NCBI GenBank assembly: GCA_048013815.1
Contig: CM106586.1
Location: forward strand, 15,686,001-15,750,000
Source: Setoptus koraiensis
Lineage: Eukaryota; Animalia; Arthropoda
DNA length: 64,000 nucleotides
Direction: 5' to 3'
This document shows, piece by piece, positions 11,950 to 27,364 of this stretch (position 1 is the first letter of the stretch; every line of letters starts with the position of its first letter). The translations under genes were made by a program, and so were the position numbers. The notes under the pieces are model-generated. The model saw nothing but the letters and a program-made list of their open reading frames with translations. It was not told the origin of the DNA and made no database searches.

Positions 11950-14155
11950 TGTTATATTAGGCACTGTGCCGCTCGACACTGCAGTACACGCTTAGCTGGC
12001 TTGTAGCGCAATAGTAGACACTTGTGCACAGATCGTACGCTTTTAATTCGCATTTGAACACACATCGCTGGGTGTGTGTGTGCAATAACAACAAGCGATC
12101 TGTTTCATCATCATTATTATTATTATTATTATTCTATTTAATCCTATCGAGTTATACAAGCCCGCAATTATTGATTATATATTACATATTACATACACAC
12201 ACTATTGGTTATTACATACTGTAGATTAGCACGTATCGAGTCGTATAACAATACCAGCAATACATCAGTTAGCATTTATAATATATATATATTAATGCCA
12301 ATAAAAGATAATAATAACAGATAATAGCAATCGTCACAGTGAGTCGGATAAAGAATCTTGTCAGGGAGACACACAGAGAGAAAGAGAAAGAGAAATTGAT
12401 ATCGTCAACGGCGCCGCTCACACAGCACCAGATAACACAGCAGCAACAGCAGCGCCAACAGCAACAGCAGCGCCAACAGCAACAGCAGCGCCAACAGCGC
12501 CAGAAGCAGCGTTTTGTTTCACATATTTCACATATATCTATCTATTCACCCAAGAGTCAGATCATAAATAACTAAATTCTACACTACACAACAATCGCAC
12601 AGTCCGCCACAATTGGGACGCCACCACTGATAAGTCAGCGCACACTCATTTAGATACCATACCACACAATATATCACCACTGTTATCACACTACCACAAC
12701 CTTCATTATTGGTATATCACCACTGTTACTACCACTAAAAGAGATATTGTTAATGTTACTATATGAATATTACTACTATTTAGATATTGCCCATGTTGAC
12801 ATGTTAATAATCTAGAGATAAATTTCATTAGACACACACAAGAGAAGAACCCCCTACTTCACCTCAAGACGACCAACCATAATTAGTTATATATAATTGC
12901 ATATACCACACATCTGAATATAAATATATATATATATACATATAATTATATAATAATAGCAAGTATTCACATAGCCTGTACTCCACGTGATCAAGCGGAT
13001 AATTACTGTAGCTGCTGTTAAAAAGAGATCGATGAGCGAAAAGACAAAAGCCATACCCAATATTGTTACCATAAGTGAGTTACGCACAACACACACACGC
13101 GCACTCCTTTAAGCTTATTAGGCGAACATCTATAGTGAGGCACCGTCAACATTATCGTAGTCAAGTGAAGTGGGCAAGCCATCAGAGGTGATAGTAACGA
13201 CTTGACATTTATTCTAAATACAACAAAAGCGAGAGAAATAACGACAGAGAGTTAGAGAGAGAGAGAGCGACAGAGACAGCGAGAAAAATAGATAGAGAGA
13301 GAAAGGACGACCAGCGCATTATATGGAGGCATCTCAACACATCTAACAAAACAGCGAGCATTAAAAAAACATTTATAGTTGTTATTTTAGACACAGTGCC
13401 GAGCAACAACAACCGTAGCAGGCACTAAAAATCGATAGCAACAACACAGGCAACAACAACACCACTGGTAGATAAGCAACATCCAAAAAGCAGGTCCAAT
13501 AGAGTGATGAGCTTACGTTTGATAAGTAAAAACAAACTAATTATGTAACAGTAGTATTCGAGGAAAGACATGATTAGTATCCGCTAGTATAACTTGTTTA
13601 AACATTATGTTTATACACTAACATCATCCCACAGCAACCCTTCAACACTTACACGTACATTTCAAGAGTGTACAAGTGTTAGTGTATGTGTGTGTGTTAT
13701 TTTTGCTTGTTCGTCGATGCTTTATTGCGAGATATACACTTTAACACACTACCCCAAGAAGGTATATCACAAAACTTGATCAGAAGCGTATAAACACTCT
13801 AGTATTATACCAAAACACTTACTAGTTACACCACGATCATCACCATTAAGGCCGGCATCGATTGTTATCTTTGCCACCATTTGTTATTTATATCTATCTA
13901 AGTATCAATCAATATATACGTGTATTGATTATATATATATATATATATACAGTGGTATTTATAAATATATATCAGCGTAGACATACAAATGCACACACAC
14001 ACGAATAAACAAATATATCAGATGTACACACCTATCTTCGCATAGTACGTCGAGCATATCCCTCAGTCCTTGGAACAGGCTAATCAATTATCAATGATGC
14101 CTGTTTTGTCCAAGTCTCTGTTACTGTTGATATTGCTGTTTTAGTCGCCATTATT

Positions 14156-15891
<1,736 letters not shown>

Positions 15892-18800
15892 TCATTGAGG
15901 TCATTCTTATTTATTATATCACTATCTGATTTATTCGTAATCTTAATTGGATCGTGCAGCGCATCATTACTTAAAAATTGAGCCACTTCTCGGAGCAGAT
16001 AACAGATAGAATCTTTCTCAAACTACCTCTGCACTTAATAGTGTATCAAACAAGATGTATATAATGAGAAAAATGGCAAATTAGGTTAAATATTCATCCC
16101 CTAACGAAAAATAAATCGTTCGAGGGACGCACAAGGCCGTCGAAATTGACGAACAATTCCAAGAACAAAACACTTATAATCAATACTATTAAACTTCAAA
16201 GTCGATCAGCATACTACCGGAAACGCTATTGCAATATAGACATCATCAATGAGTTGCCATAGGATGAGATCACCATAAGCACACAAGTTATGGTCCAGCG
16301 AGAGTCTTGTTGATTTGCCAATAGTAAAAGCACGCTCTGAATTTAACCACCTAGAAGATAAAATTACACAAAGAAGCAAATGATCAAATTTGATTGAACT
16401 TATTTGGGTATCACATTTAATCCATATCACTACACTAGCATTGTTATACTCAATCGTTTATGTGAACTAATGATTGAATATTGATTACTATCATGATTTA
16501 GCCCCCAAAGATGTTATCAAAGGATGTAAATAAATCATTTTAGGCGGCTATGAACATATTGAGACAGTAAAAACATTTTTAATTAGCCGAAGCGCTGGTC
16601 GGATGTGTGCTCAAAGTAGTTTCAAGCAAGCAGTAAGCCTCGGCCAGTTTTTTCCCTCTTCTTGGAAAATGTCACAGAACTTATCATATACAGATATGTA
16701 TTGATCATCGATTAGTAATCATGCATTGGTGTGCATGGTCCAAATAATCATATCAATAATTCTGAATGGCTCAATCCTAGATGAGTAGAAGAAACAATGT
16801 GTGAATTGCAACTACTTTGCATAGGAATAGATTCAACAAATCAAACTGATCAATCTATAAAATCGAGTTTTGTGAGGGAGTAATTCAGTTCAAGAATTCA
16901 GACTTTTTGATTTCGAGAGTCCTAGTTTTGTCCATCTCACATTTGATTATTTGATCCCCAGTTGGTACTATTCGATTTCCTTTAAATGAAGCAGAGGAGT
17001 GGTATAGAGTGAAATAGCACAATTGGAGTTTATTTGTTCGAATTAAGGCAGTGAGGTGTGTTCATAAATAATTCATCATCGGCAAACAAGAAGCGACAGA
17101 GCTCGCATACTTATAATAAGCCCGAGCTGATTTGTGTCTCAATTGAGAGCGACACGCTTTTTTCATGATATACTAGTATCGGTGAACATAACTACATACA
17201 TCGATTGATTAATGTCTATTGCATGCTATCGACATAATGTATTCATGGTGCTCATTTATCTAATTGGACTTTAGTCCCCTTTCCTCTCTTTCTCTCTCTC
17301 TCTCTCTCCCTTCATTTATGTACCACCAATGGTATGTATACATTGATGTATTGCTATCCGTTTCGATTGGTATGGATGGCCTGCAGACATTATTGTTCGG
17401 ATGTAGAGCAGCAAGCGGCATTGATTTGGTCTCAATACATAAATTGCTATATAGCTACAATACAAAAAGAAGGCCGGAACTGCAACGAAACCAACAAGTC
17501 TCTGCGGAATTGCAATCAATATATATTATTTTTCTGCAATTGAAACCCATTGGTTCATCAATAGATCTATTTTAGCTTATCTGCCCATGGGCTTGCTCAC
17601 GGGGGGCGACATTTATTTATCATTAATTCAGAAAAAAAAGACAGCTATCGATACAATGTTGTCCGGAGGTAGTGGTGACGGTATCAAGAATAACAATGCT
17701 CGGCTATATTTTAATTTATTGCACGATATCAATTTCCTACTTGCTTGTCCACAGTGAATTGTATACCCGAATGGTATATAGGGCTCGCCAGAGTGTCACA
17801 TCAATGACGAAGATGGCCCTCTTTTTTGGGCGCGCATCGTTGTTAGCATTGCTTGCTAACTTTTCTAATAGCCAATGGCTAAATAATACTATAAATAAGC
17901 CGGATCCATTAGATACAAATACAGCCTTTGATCACTAAAGAGGCAACACTAAGAGGGGGCTCATAGATAAATAACGAAGGATTGGACGTTTGACAGGAAG
18001 ATAAATTTCGAGTTAGGGTAAGAAAAGTGAAGCTAACCCAAGGCCTCGCAACAACGAATAGAATTGTTTTGAAATTTTGTTGCTCGGCCTTTTTCTGGAT
18101 TGGAAGCCCGAAATAATTATAGCAATGGTCGTTAGAGAACTGGCCACTTTGTAGCGGTGTGTATCGCGCAAGACGGATATAGCAAATGCAGCACTTACAA
18201 CACTTGCAGGCCTCATGTAGTCGAACTTATACTAGAACAAGAATACATTGTAAATACTTTGTCGCAAGTGTGGCCATTGCGTGCGATTGGCACTCGTTCT
18301 CTCTAGAATATGTTGGGTCCTGCAAGGCGAGCAAAAGTATTCAGTTGTTGTCATTGGGCAGTAAGTATAATGGATGGGGGCCTTAAATCGTTCAATAATG
18401 CGTCATATATATCAACTGTTCATGCGATATGGGAGATTGTCGTCGTTGATACACAGCTTGAGCTGAAATGTTGTCTTTGTTATTTTTGTAAGTATTGTTG
18501 TTGTTGCTGCTACTGCTTATGTTGTTATCTTCGTATTATTGCGTTCCATTGTATCCATTTGTGTGTGCCTATTGTGCCACCACATGGGCATTATTTTCTA
18601 TTATCTGTCGGGCCTTTGGAGAGGCTCCTAAGGCATATACATTGTGTTGTAATCTACAGCACGCTTTTGTCGCGCCGATGGCAGCAATGGTCTAAAACAC
18701 AAAATGAAAGCCAGCCAGCCAGCCAGTCAGCCAATGCCAGCATGGTTATAAATCCCGAGACTCTCGGGCCGAGAGTGTGCCGGCAAGACAGTTCATTTTA

Positions 18801-21800
18801 AAGAATTGCGACTCGAAGCTATGCGAGCTCCAGGCAGTGTCCGATAATGAAGGCCAGCCACTCAAGAGCGATGTCGGAATTAATAGAATGGTAATCGCAC
18901 AAACGCTGCTTGTATATTGTGTATACATTGTGTTATGCTTGTAGATTATTATTGTAGTGAATCCATCATCAATTTACCGAATATATACAATATAGGCCCT
19001 GTGTGTCTGTCAGTTTATAGGGTGGTCCCACCAAACTACAGCCGCAACAACAAATGTATGGCTGATTATCCGATGAAGCAAAAATCAAGTTTGTAGGGTC
19101 TCGTTAGTAGAGCAGACAAACATTAGGCCAGCCAATGTGCGGCTGCAAGCCCGGGGCTGATTTCAGCTAGACCTCGAGTTGAGTTCGGGAACTCTCATAA
19201 TTTTGTGTGTCCGTTGAACTTGCCGTGCCTGTTGCCAAGCGAATTTGCCTATTCAATGTGAAACGAGGCATTGATATTTTAATCTGCGCCTAGCTAAATT
19301 GCGACCGAGCAACATAAAACCGTCTGATGTCTAGACCACCGTTGTCGGTTGCCAATAAATTTTTTCACTATTATGGCTGTCTTTTTTTTTAGTGAAAATC
19401 AAATAGGCAGAACGCCTAACAAAGAGGTAACACGAGACGAGCTTGATTGGTTAATAAATTCCATTAAAACAGAGTGTGTCAAAGTTGCAGGGCAAGAGCT
19501 CACACCAGAGGTGAGCTGATTGGCCTAGGATAGTCGGCTGACCAGCTACATCAAGGCCCAACTTTGTGTGTTGTCGTTGGTGGTTGATTGAACGACGAGC
19601 CACGCGATTAATTTGGCGCTGTCTCGTGGCCCTCATCAGCTTGTTTTCCATCGAAAATTCTACGATGCCGTTGCCGGTATCTATATCGAATTACCGGTTA
19701 AATTGTTGCAGTCTCTACCCAATTTCCAATCACTTCCACAGAATCGCCTGCCTCTACATGAGCTCGTGTGTGTGTGTGTGTGCGAGTGTTCAGTCAGGAA
19801 ATAGGCGACCCTTGTTACTTTGTTGATAGACGAATAGCATATCTTTATTTAGATGTATTACACCTGTACTAACACAAGAGGATTAAACCGAATGGAGCCC
19901 TTATCGTCCGGATCAAATTAATTCTATTCGTGTCCGTGCGAGCTCTAAATCTCAGTCATAGTTTGTGCCCCGAATTGGGGCCTTTTCAACTGACTGACTG
20001 CGCTTAGGTCTCGGTTACAGTGGCGTTTCAGCGTCTAAAAACGTTGTAGCAACAATGGTGGCCAATTATTGAATTTGCTTTATGCCCAGCGCATTAAGCA
20101 GATTTAATAATCATGTCAGAGCGCCACAAAGACACGAAGATTGGGGGGGGGGCATAAAAGGATTTAATTAGAACATTTTATCCGCTGTATACACACAGAA
20201 CAGATATACAATCTATCTACTGCTATCCACAAGTCAGTGTTAGCCAAGCTGCTGGTTGTGCTGCAGCAATTTGTAATGTTGTCGCTTGCATGCCATTTAT
20301 TAAGCTTACACAACCACTACATATATTATCGAGAAACATTAGCTGATTGGCATCGAGCACCAATGAAATTTTATTAACTTTACAAGGTCGACTCATCATC
20401 GGCGCTAGTGCGCCCACTGTGAGCCAATGCGTTTGTTTGACGCCAGTGACGACGATTTATCTGTAAGCACTCAGAATTTTGTCAATTGATGGGAATATTT
20501 GCATTGGCTACCATTAAGATTTTGTGTTGTTCCAAATGCCAGCTGACGATCCAATTTGTCCAGCCAGAAAGCTCCGTGCTGTTTACAGATGCCGAGCCCA
20601 CCGGCCGCTTTAACGAGGCTCAAGTTGATTGGGCAGAGTGTATTAATTAACTACTGGATCTATTTTACGACCACCTCTTTTCCAGCGACCCGCTTCGTGC
20701 CATAAAGACTAGGGATAAGTATAAATGGGGATTATGGCGGCCGGTCTATATGGTGCGCAGACGGTGTGCAGATGAGCAATATCACCAGACACTGGAATGC
20801 ATGAATATATAAGGAAATCACGCTCGCCAGTTACTTGGCCAGTGACTGGCCAATAGCAACCCGACTGGCCCGTCCCCTGGCTTCTCAGTAACGGTCGGTG
20901 GTGGCTCATCAACGACCAGAAAGAATCATCAGCACCCAACAGATATCAGCAGCCTGTTCCGGATTGCGTGCCCTGTTTGTGTTTACTTGGCCTAATGCTG
21001 GTCCGGTCCTGGCCGAACCAGACCGTGTTTAGCTATCATTTCCGGCTTTCATCGACGCCAGAATACGCCAGAAGGCAATAGAAACGTGTGCGCTTCTGGA
21101 CAACCCACAGGCTAATCATAGTGTCATCAGTCGCTATCGTCGTATCCGCGTGCCATGGTGAATCGCTGCCGCATGACACACCGACAGAAGTGAGCTAGAA
21201 CTAGTCAGGAATATCATTATTATTGATGGTGGCGGCCAGTAGAAATAGTTTTGATGGACCAGAGTTACCGAGAGTCATGTATAGTTTCTTTTTTAGCAAG
21301 CTATAACTGTAATGGCTCGACAAATGCCACTCTCCTGGCCTGAATTACGTGCGCCTTGGGACTCGGCGTGATTGCGCCATATTGGCCGAAGTAGAGTGAA
21401 CGTTTTGTTATATGTTGACCATAACCATATTGCACATGGTGCACGTGCATAACCACGTATGGCTCTATAGCTCACAGGTGTATGACTGCTATATTAGTGA
21501 TGTGTGTCCATTAACAAGTGCCAACGACGTGTCCTTTGACAGGCTCCCTAATTGCAGCCGGTGTGTCGGCCGGCTGCAGATTTGGGCGCAAACAAACAAC
21601 AAACGCGATTTGAGATGTGTCGTGGCACGGGACGGACAGGCCACTACTGAGCACATAGACAACAGACAGAGTTTTGTTGGCGAAAACAAACAAAGCTCGT
21701 CCAATTAAGAGTGATTTGGCTCGGATTGGAGCCTCGAAGGCAAAAATACTTGTCACGTGATTGGGCGATTGACTTGAAAAGCAGGCAAGCGTAGTAGATG

Positions 21801-23536
21801 AGCGCTGTCGTTTGACGCAACACCAACAGCAACACTTTCGCGGCACAAACAACAAAAACTCTTCTGACGTAGTTGCAAACTTTTGATGTGTCGCCAATTA
21901 TCCGCCGACCAGTTAAACTTAATTAAATGTATTACATTGTATCGGATGGGTAGCGCTAGAAGGGTTGCACATAGTGTCAAGTAACTGTAATAATGCGTGC
22001 ATTGCGTGTGTTAAGCTGGCCGGCTAAAACAAGCAGCGGATGTTTAGTTTGGTTGTGAGCTCATGCACACGATTTGTTGGCAAATGTTAATGGTGAAATG
22101 TAATGGGCAACAATGGGAACAGTGTGAACAGTGAGCGATTTACAGTCAATCATAACAAGCTGGTGAATGGCAACAATGACAATGGTTGTATCTAGTCAAC
22201 AAGTGTAACACTTGTATGGGACATGGCATGATTATTGACCTTTTTTTAAGGCAGCTCACTAGTGGATAAGTCTGGTGGACTATGATAATGGCGATGATGA
22301 CGGACGCAATAATAATCTTTCGACGATCGATGGACGGTGCAAAGACGATCGAGATTATTGATTAGTTGTCTTAACAGGTTACGCAACACGAACAGAGTGA
22401 CGGCGCACTGACTCACAGGTGGACTGGTCATTTCTAATAAGCATCTAATGAGAATCTTCATTCTGGTCGTGGCCGGATGAGACGAGCTAGAGTGGTTATG
22501 TGAGCGCTGCCAAACAGGTGGACAGGCAGCCGGCAGGCAGCCGCCATAAAGGCAGAAAGCCGGCTGGACAGGTGAGCTCGATGATTGGTGGATAGAGCGG
22601 CCAGATGGAGTGATACAGTGAGACAGTGCGACCGAGCTGACAGTTTGAAACTGGTGGCGGTCAGTGTACTCATAAAGTTGTTGCCTGCGAGTCAGCCCAT
22701 TGCCTTTCAGCATTGTGCCTGGCTAACCCTTTATCATCATTCAGTCACTGAATTCCAGCCAGTGTGTGTGTGTGTGTGTGTGAGCATCCGGCGGCTATCT
22801 ATAGAGCTGGCCGGCACACAATCACTGGCCGGCCGGCAAATACACAAGCAAACGCAGAGGCAAACACACGGGCAAACAGGTGAGCGGGTGAGTCGGCCTG
22901 CCGGCTGATGTAAGCCGTTGATGCTGACCATCGAGCCCGTTTCACTCTTTACTCTCTCGGCGTTACACGATGATGATTTCTCTCATGCGAGACACCATCG
23001 TGGTGCAAGTTGTGTGCAAGTTGCAAGTTGCAAGCGTCGAACCAACCGATTGGACACACCACCGATCGAAGGAAACGCAGAGTGAGCGAGTGAGCACAAA
23101 CAACAAAATAAATAGTTTTAATAGTTGGTTGACAAACCACCGACAGCGGCGTCGAGGCGGCCAAGCCGAAGCCAATGCCGTGCTGGCCGAGGGGATGCGC
23201 TTGCATCAGCGCCTCACATTGTGTTGCGAGTGGCGACTTGCGACAGCGAGCAAGAGCCAACGACAGAGAGAGAGAGATCTATCGACTGTCATTGTGTCAG
23301 ACGGCGAGACAGATACAGAGAGAGAGAGAGAGGGGCAGCAGTGTTTGACGGCGAGCCAAACACTGCGGCACACAATACACAAAGTGTAACAAAGTGCCCA
23401 GTTTGCACAACAGCCAAGGTTGTGCCCGCGACCTATAGTAGACACATTTATGACAGCGCTGGACGGCCGGCTCAGATCCGGCTGCGGATGAGAAATATCT
23501 GATTTGATTAATTGACACTGCACTACAAGTTAGTTA

Positions 23537-23602
23537 GGCTGGCCGAGCTTGTCGGGCTGGCCGGGCTTGTCGGGCTGGCCGGGCTTGTCGGGCTGGCCGA
23601 GC
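23537..23602. repeat. 18-bp tandem repeat, ~3.6 copies
   Basis: ggctggccg(a/g)gcttgtcg repeated. Confidence 0.9.
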
Positions 23603-24591
23603 CCAACGAGCTTTTGTTGGGCGGCGGGCGGCGAGCTGCGAGCGACGCTCGCAGCCACAGGCCGGCCGAGCCCGAGCGAGAGGTCCGACCGGCTCCAGCG
23701 AGCAGCTCCTGTCAGGGGGCAAATAAAAGGGAAATTAAATAGTGCGAGGGCTCGCCTATTGCAGCGACTCTTGGGCCATTCATCTTGTTGCGTCATCGGG
23801 TCGTTGTGGCTGTCTGCAGAGGTTGTGGCTGTCTGCAGCGGTTGCTGTCGTTGCTGGTGCCGCCGTCGTGGCTGGTGCCGCTGCGCCGACCAGAGTGGCG
23901 CGCCGGTCATCCTCTGGCACGACGCCGATCTGTCCAAATCTATCTAATCAGCGGACGACGAATGCGAATGGCGCATTTATAGTCGGGCTCTAGAAAAGTT
24001 ATCATCATCACTGGCTAAGTGTGTGTGTGTGTGTTCGGCAAAATTGATTATCTATCGGTGACACGAACATTAGCCGATTAGTGGCCGGGCGCGCAGCCAG
24101 ACGAGCGGCCGATGATGGTATTAGCCTAAACGCGGCGCGCCAGTCTAGCCCGTCTAGCCCGTCTAGCCCGTCTAGCCGGGAGGAAGTGGGCTTAGTTTGT
24201 GTTTGTTATGTGTTTGTGCTGGCTTCTTTGTTCTCCGGCTGGCGCGACCTTGGCGACTTGACAGGCTCGTCGTAGCTTTTAGTTGGCTACTGCGAGCGGC
24301 ACGAGATTAGACGCAACAGCAGCGATTCGCAATTGAACGCCAGCGAGCCACAGCGACAACAGTTGTGAGACAAACGACAAAAATGACTAATCTAATGCAA
24401 TAATGTGAGTGATGCTGATGAATGTGTACTCGTTATTGTTGTCGCTGCCGCTAGCCAGCCAGCCAGCCAGCCAATAAACGCGCCAAAAGAGCCTATACGC
24501 CAATTGTGTACGCAAGCCGCGCACACACAGCCTAGCGTAAGTCGCTATGTCCGCGTCGCGCCGCGCCGCGTTACGTCACAGGCCGACAAAT

Positions 24592-24634
24592 GTAACTGTT
24601 ACTGCGCGTAACAGTTACTGCGCGTAACAGTTAC
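24592..24634. repeat. Three near-palindromic GTAAC(A/T)GTTAC units separated by TGCGC
   Basis: gtaactgttac tgcgc gtaacagttac tgcgc gtaacagttac. Confidence 0.9.
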
Positions 24635-26385
24635 GTCTGTCTTGGCTGCTGCTGCTGCCGCTGCAGCGACAACAATTGATGGGAGCTTGTTTTGCCCGTC
24701 GCGAGTCGTTGTGCAACAACCCCGAGACAAATCAAGCTGCATTATTGTTGGCGTTGCTGTTGTCGTTGGCGGCGAGACACCCGACGGCCGTTCAATGTTG
24801 AGACCCGTTCGGGGGCGTCGCGTTCAATGTGCGCCAGTGCGACTAGTGCGAGCATGCATTTGTTGGGCTTTGCCACCCATTGAATGTGTGCCGGCGAACG
24901 AAGACGACGCTGTTAATCGCGCCATCATACATGGGATCGCTATTGATTTGATATGATGGCGAACGCCGACAACAGCAACGAACGCAGCCGACTGGCTAAC
25001 GGCGACGACAACAGCAACTCAACAGCCAGCCCGAGCAACAAACTAAACAGCTCACAAGCAAACAATCTATCTATTCAAACAATCTACGCAGCAACGGCAG
25101 CAACGGCAACATTTTCTCGCTTGCCGTTGTTGGCCTTAAAAAGCAGCTTGCGACTGCAATGACACACAAACTCTATTTCAAGGAAGTGAACACACAGCAT
25201 TAATCAGGCAGCGCCAGCAACAAGCAACGCTGCCCATTAGTCATGATAAGCGCCGAGCGCCCGTTTTGGGGTCTCGCCCATCGCGCCGCCGAGCCAACTG
25301 TGTCGTCGTGCGCAAGCCGGTCTCGCCGAGCTCATCGTTGTTTTTGTCGTCGTCGTCGTCGTCGTCGTCGTCGTGGTTGTTGCTGTTGGCACCCTAAAGT
25401 CTGAAAGTTGCTCCGAGTTTGTTCCGAGTTTGTTCCAGTATCCGCCGCTGCCGCACTAAGCGCTGACAATTGTGAGCAATGAGCTACGGTAATTGGGCAG
25501 AAAGGGTTCAGAGGGCTCTGCCGGCATCGAGCGCCGAGCGCGCTGGTCGGGGCGCGCAGTTGCGCAGTCATTATATTATTATCATTGGGCCGCTTATGCC
25601 CATACAAGGCCCAATGATAATAAGGCGCCCAATGATCCGTTGCTCACGAGCGGCCGGCCGGTCACAGTCACAATAGGCTCGCCGGTACCTGGCCGAGCGC
25701 CACTGTCAAGCTGCGTCGATAGGGCTCTCGGGCTGGCAGCCCGTCGCAACTTTGGCCCGGCTCAACCGGGCCGCCTGTGTCTTCAATGTGCCTCTGTCTG
25801 TATACTATACAGTGTATACTATACAGTGTATAGTGTGCGTATTATGACAACTAATTAGCGCCACCGTCTATGCAACAACCGCTAACAATCACTTACAGTT
25901 TGTTAGGCGGATTGCGTGCGCTTACACACACGCTATCGACATGTTGACATTTGCTGACGCTGTCGTTGTTGTCGAAGCTGTCGTTGTTGTTGAAGCTGTT
26001 GTTGTTGTCGCTGCTGCCGCCGTCGTTAATTAACGGCACAGCGTCGGGCAGCAAAATGATGACTGCCGACTTTTGATCGATGGCCAAGAGTGTGTGCCGA
26101 TCGTTTGCCGATGAAATAAATGTATCAAGTGGCCGGCGCTCAACCTTTTATGCGCCCTCAATGGCCGCTTTAGTATTGAGTGGCGCTTTAATTCTGAGCG
26201 GCGCTGTTGAGCGTATTTTGTGCCTAAATTGATCCGCTGGCTTTTGTTGCCGGCGCAACTATCGCTCGATGCTGGCTCGACTATTGCGTCGCTAAATGCT
26301 GGCTCGACAGCGCTCGTCGGACAGCGGACGGCGCGACACACGATGACGTAATGATGACGACTGCCGGCTCACAAGTTGCCGGCCC

Positions 26386-26386
<1 letters not shown>

Positions 26387-26426
<40 letters not shown>
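26387..26426. repeat. (AC)20 microsatellite
   Basis: Perfect dinucleotide run. Confidence 0.95.
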
Positions 26427-26429
<3 letters not shown>

Positions 26430-26916
26430 GCGCTGCTTTAGCCCTTTTATCACCGGCCTGCAACTTTAAACGGACTGTGCGCCGGTTTGTCCAAACACTG
26501 ACGTGACGACTGGACGTTTGGCTGTGCCAAACACTTACCGAAGCCGTACCCTGGCTGTCGCAGTCCGACAGTCGCCGTTGAACAGTCGCCGTTGAACAGT
26601 CACTGTTGAACAGTGTGTGTTACCGGTGATGGTGCGTTGCCGGCTTGCGCAACACAAAAACTGTCTAACCGATTGTCACACCCTATGGCGTAATGATTGT
26701 GGCAAGGTAAATGTGAGCGAGTGTGTGTACAATGTGTACAAGCTAGAAACAACAATGTTACTATTTATTTGTGCACAATGTTCGGATGGGACACACTCGA
26801 CTCGCTGCCAGCCACTGTCAGCCACTGCCAGCCACTGCCAGCCACTGCCAGCCACTGGAGACAGGTGCGCCGCCATAGGCACGCCGCGGTGCAATATGCC
26901 ACACGATATCCAGCCA

Positions 26917-26962
26917 CTAGACTCTAGTAGCTAGACTCTAGTAACTAGACTCTAGTTACTAG
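26917..26962. repeat. 14-bp tandem repeat with a CTAGACTCTAG near-palindromic core, ~3 copies
   Basis: ctagactctagtag ctagactctagtaa ctagactctagtta ctag. Confidence 0.8.
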
Positions 26963-27176
26963 AGCCTGGCTGCTAGCAGCGACAGTCTTGCCGCTGCAGT
27001 CTAGCCACAGTGTTGTCAGTGTGCTGCTCATGCGACAACACTACCGGTGCACGGCGGCGATCACCTTAGCGCGCACACAATGTAACTACTCGCGAGCGCC
27101 TGACGGGGGCGCTGCCGGCCGGCGCAGACCGTCCGACGCCTGGCCCCGCTCTCTCTCTACTGACACTACTCTCTAC

Positions 27177-27364
27177 TTGTGAGTAGAGTCTACTCACAAC
27201 GCACAAGGCATTGTGAGCAGAGTCAACTCGCAATGCCTTGACTCACTGTTGCAACAACAGTGCTGTTGTCTGGCCGCCGTCTGGCCAGCGCCAGTCCGCG
27301 GACAATTGTCGGCCCGGCGGTCTCAGGGCCGCCGCCACAGATCATTGCACGTCGTATTACGACG
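27177..27364. other. Chain of consecutive short inverted repeats
   Basis: ttgtgagtag/ctactcacaa, caaggcattg/caatgccttg, cactgttg/caacagtg, ctggcc/ggccag, gacaattgtc palindrome, cggccc/gggccg, cgtcgta/tacgacg. Confidence 0.8.

Noticed and set aside
4668-13800. Dozens of 60-164 aa ORFs rich in R/A/C/V
   Set aside because: They are expected in GC-rich, microsatellite-laden DNA. The poly-C, VCVC and HTHT runs are translations of simple repeats.
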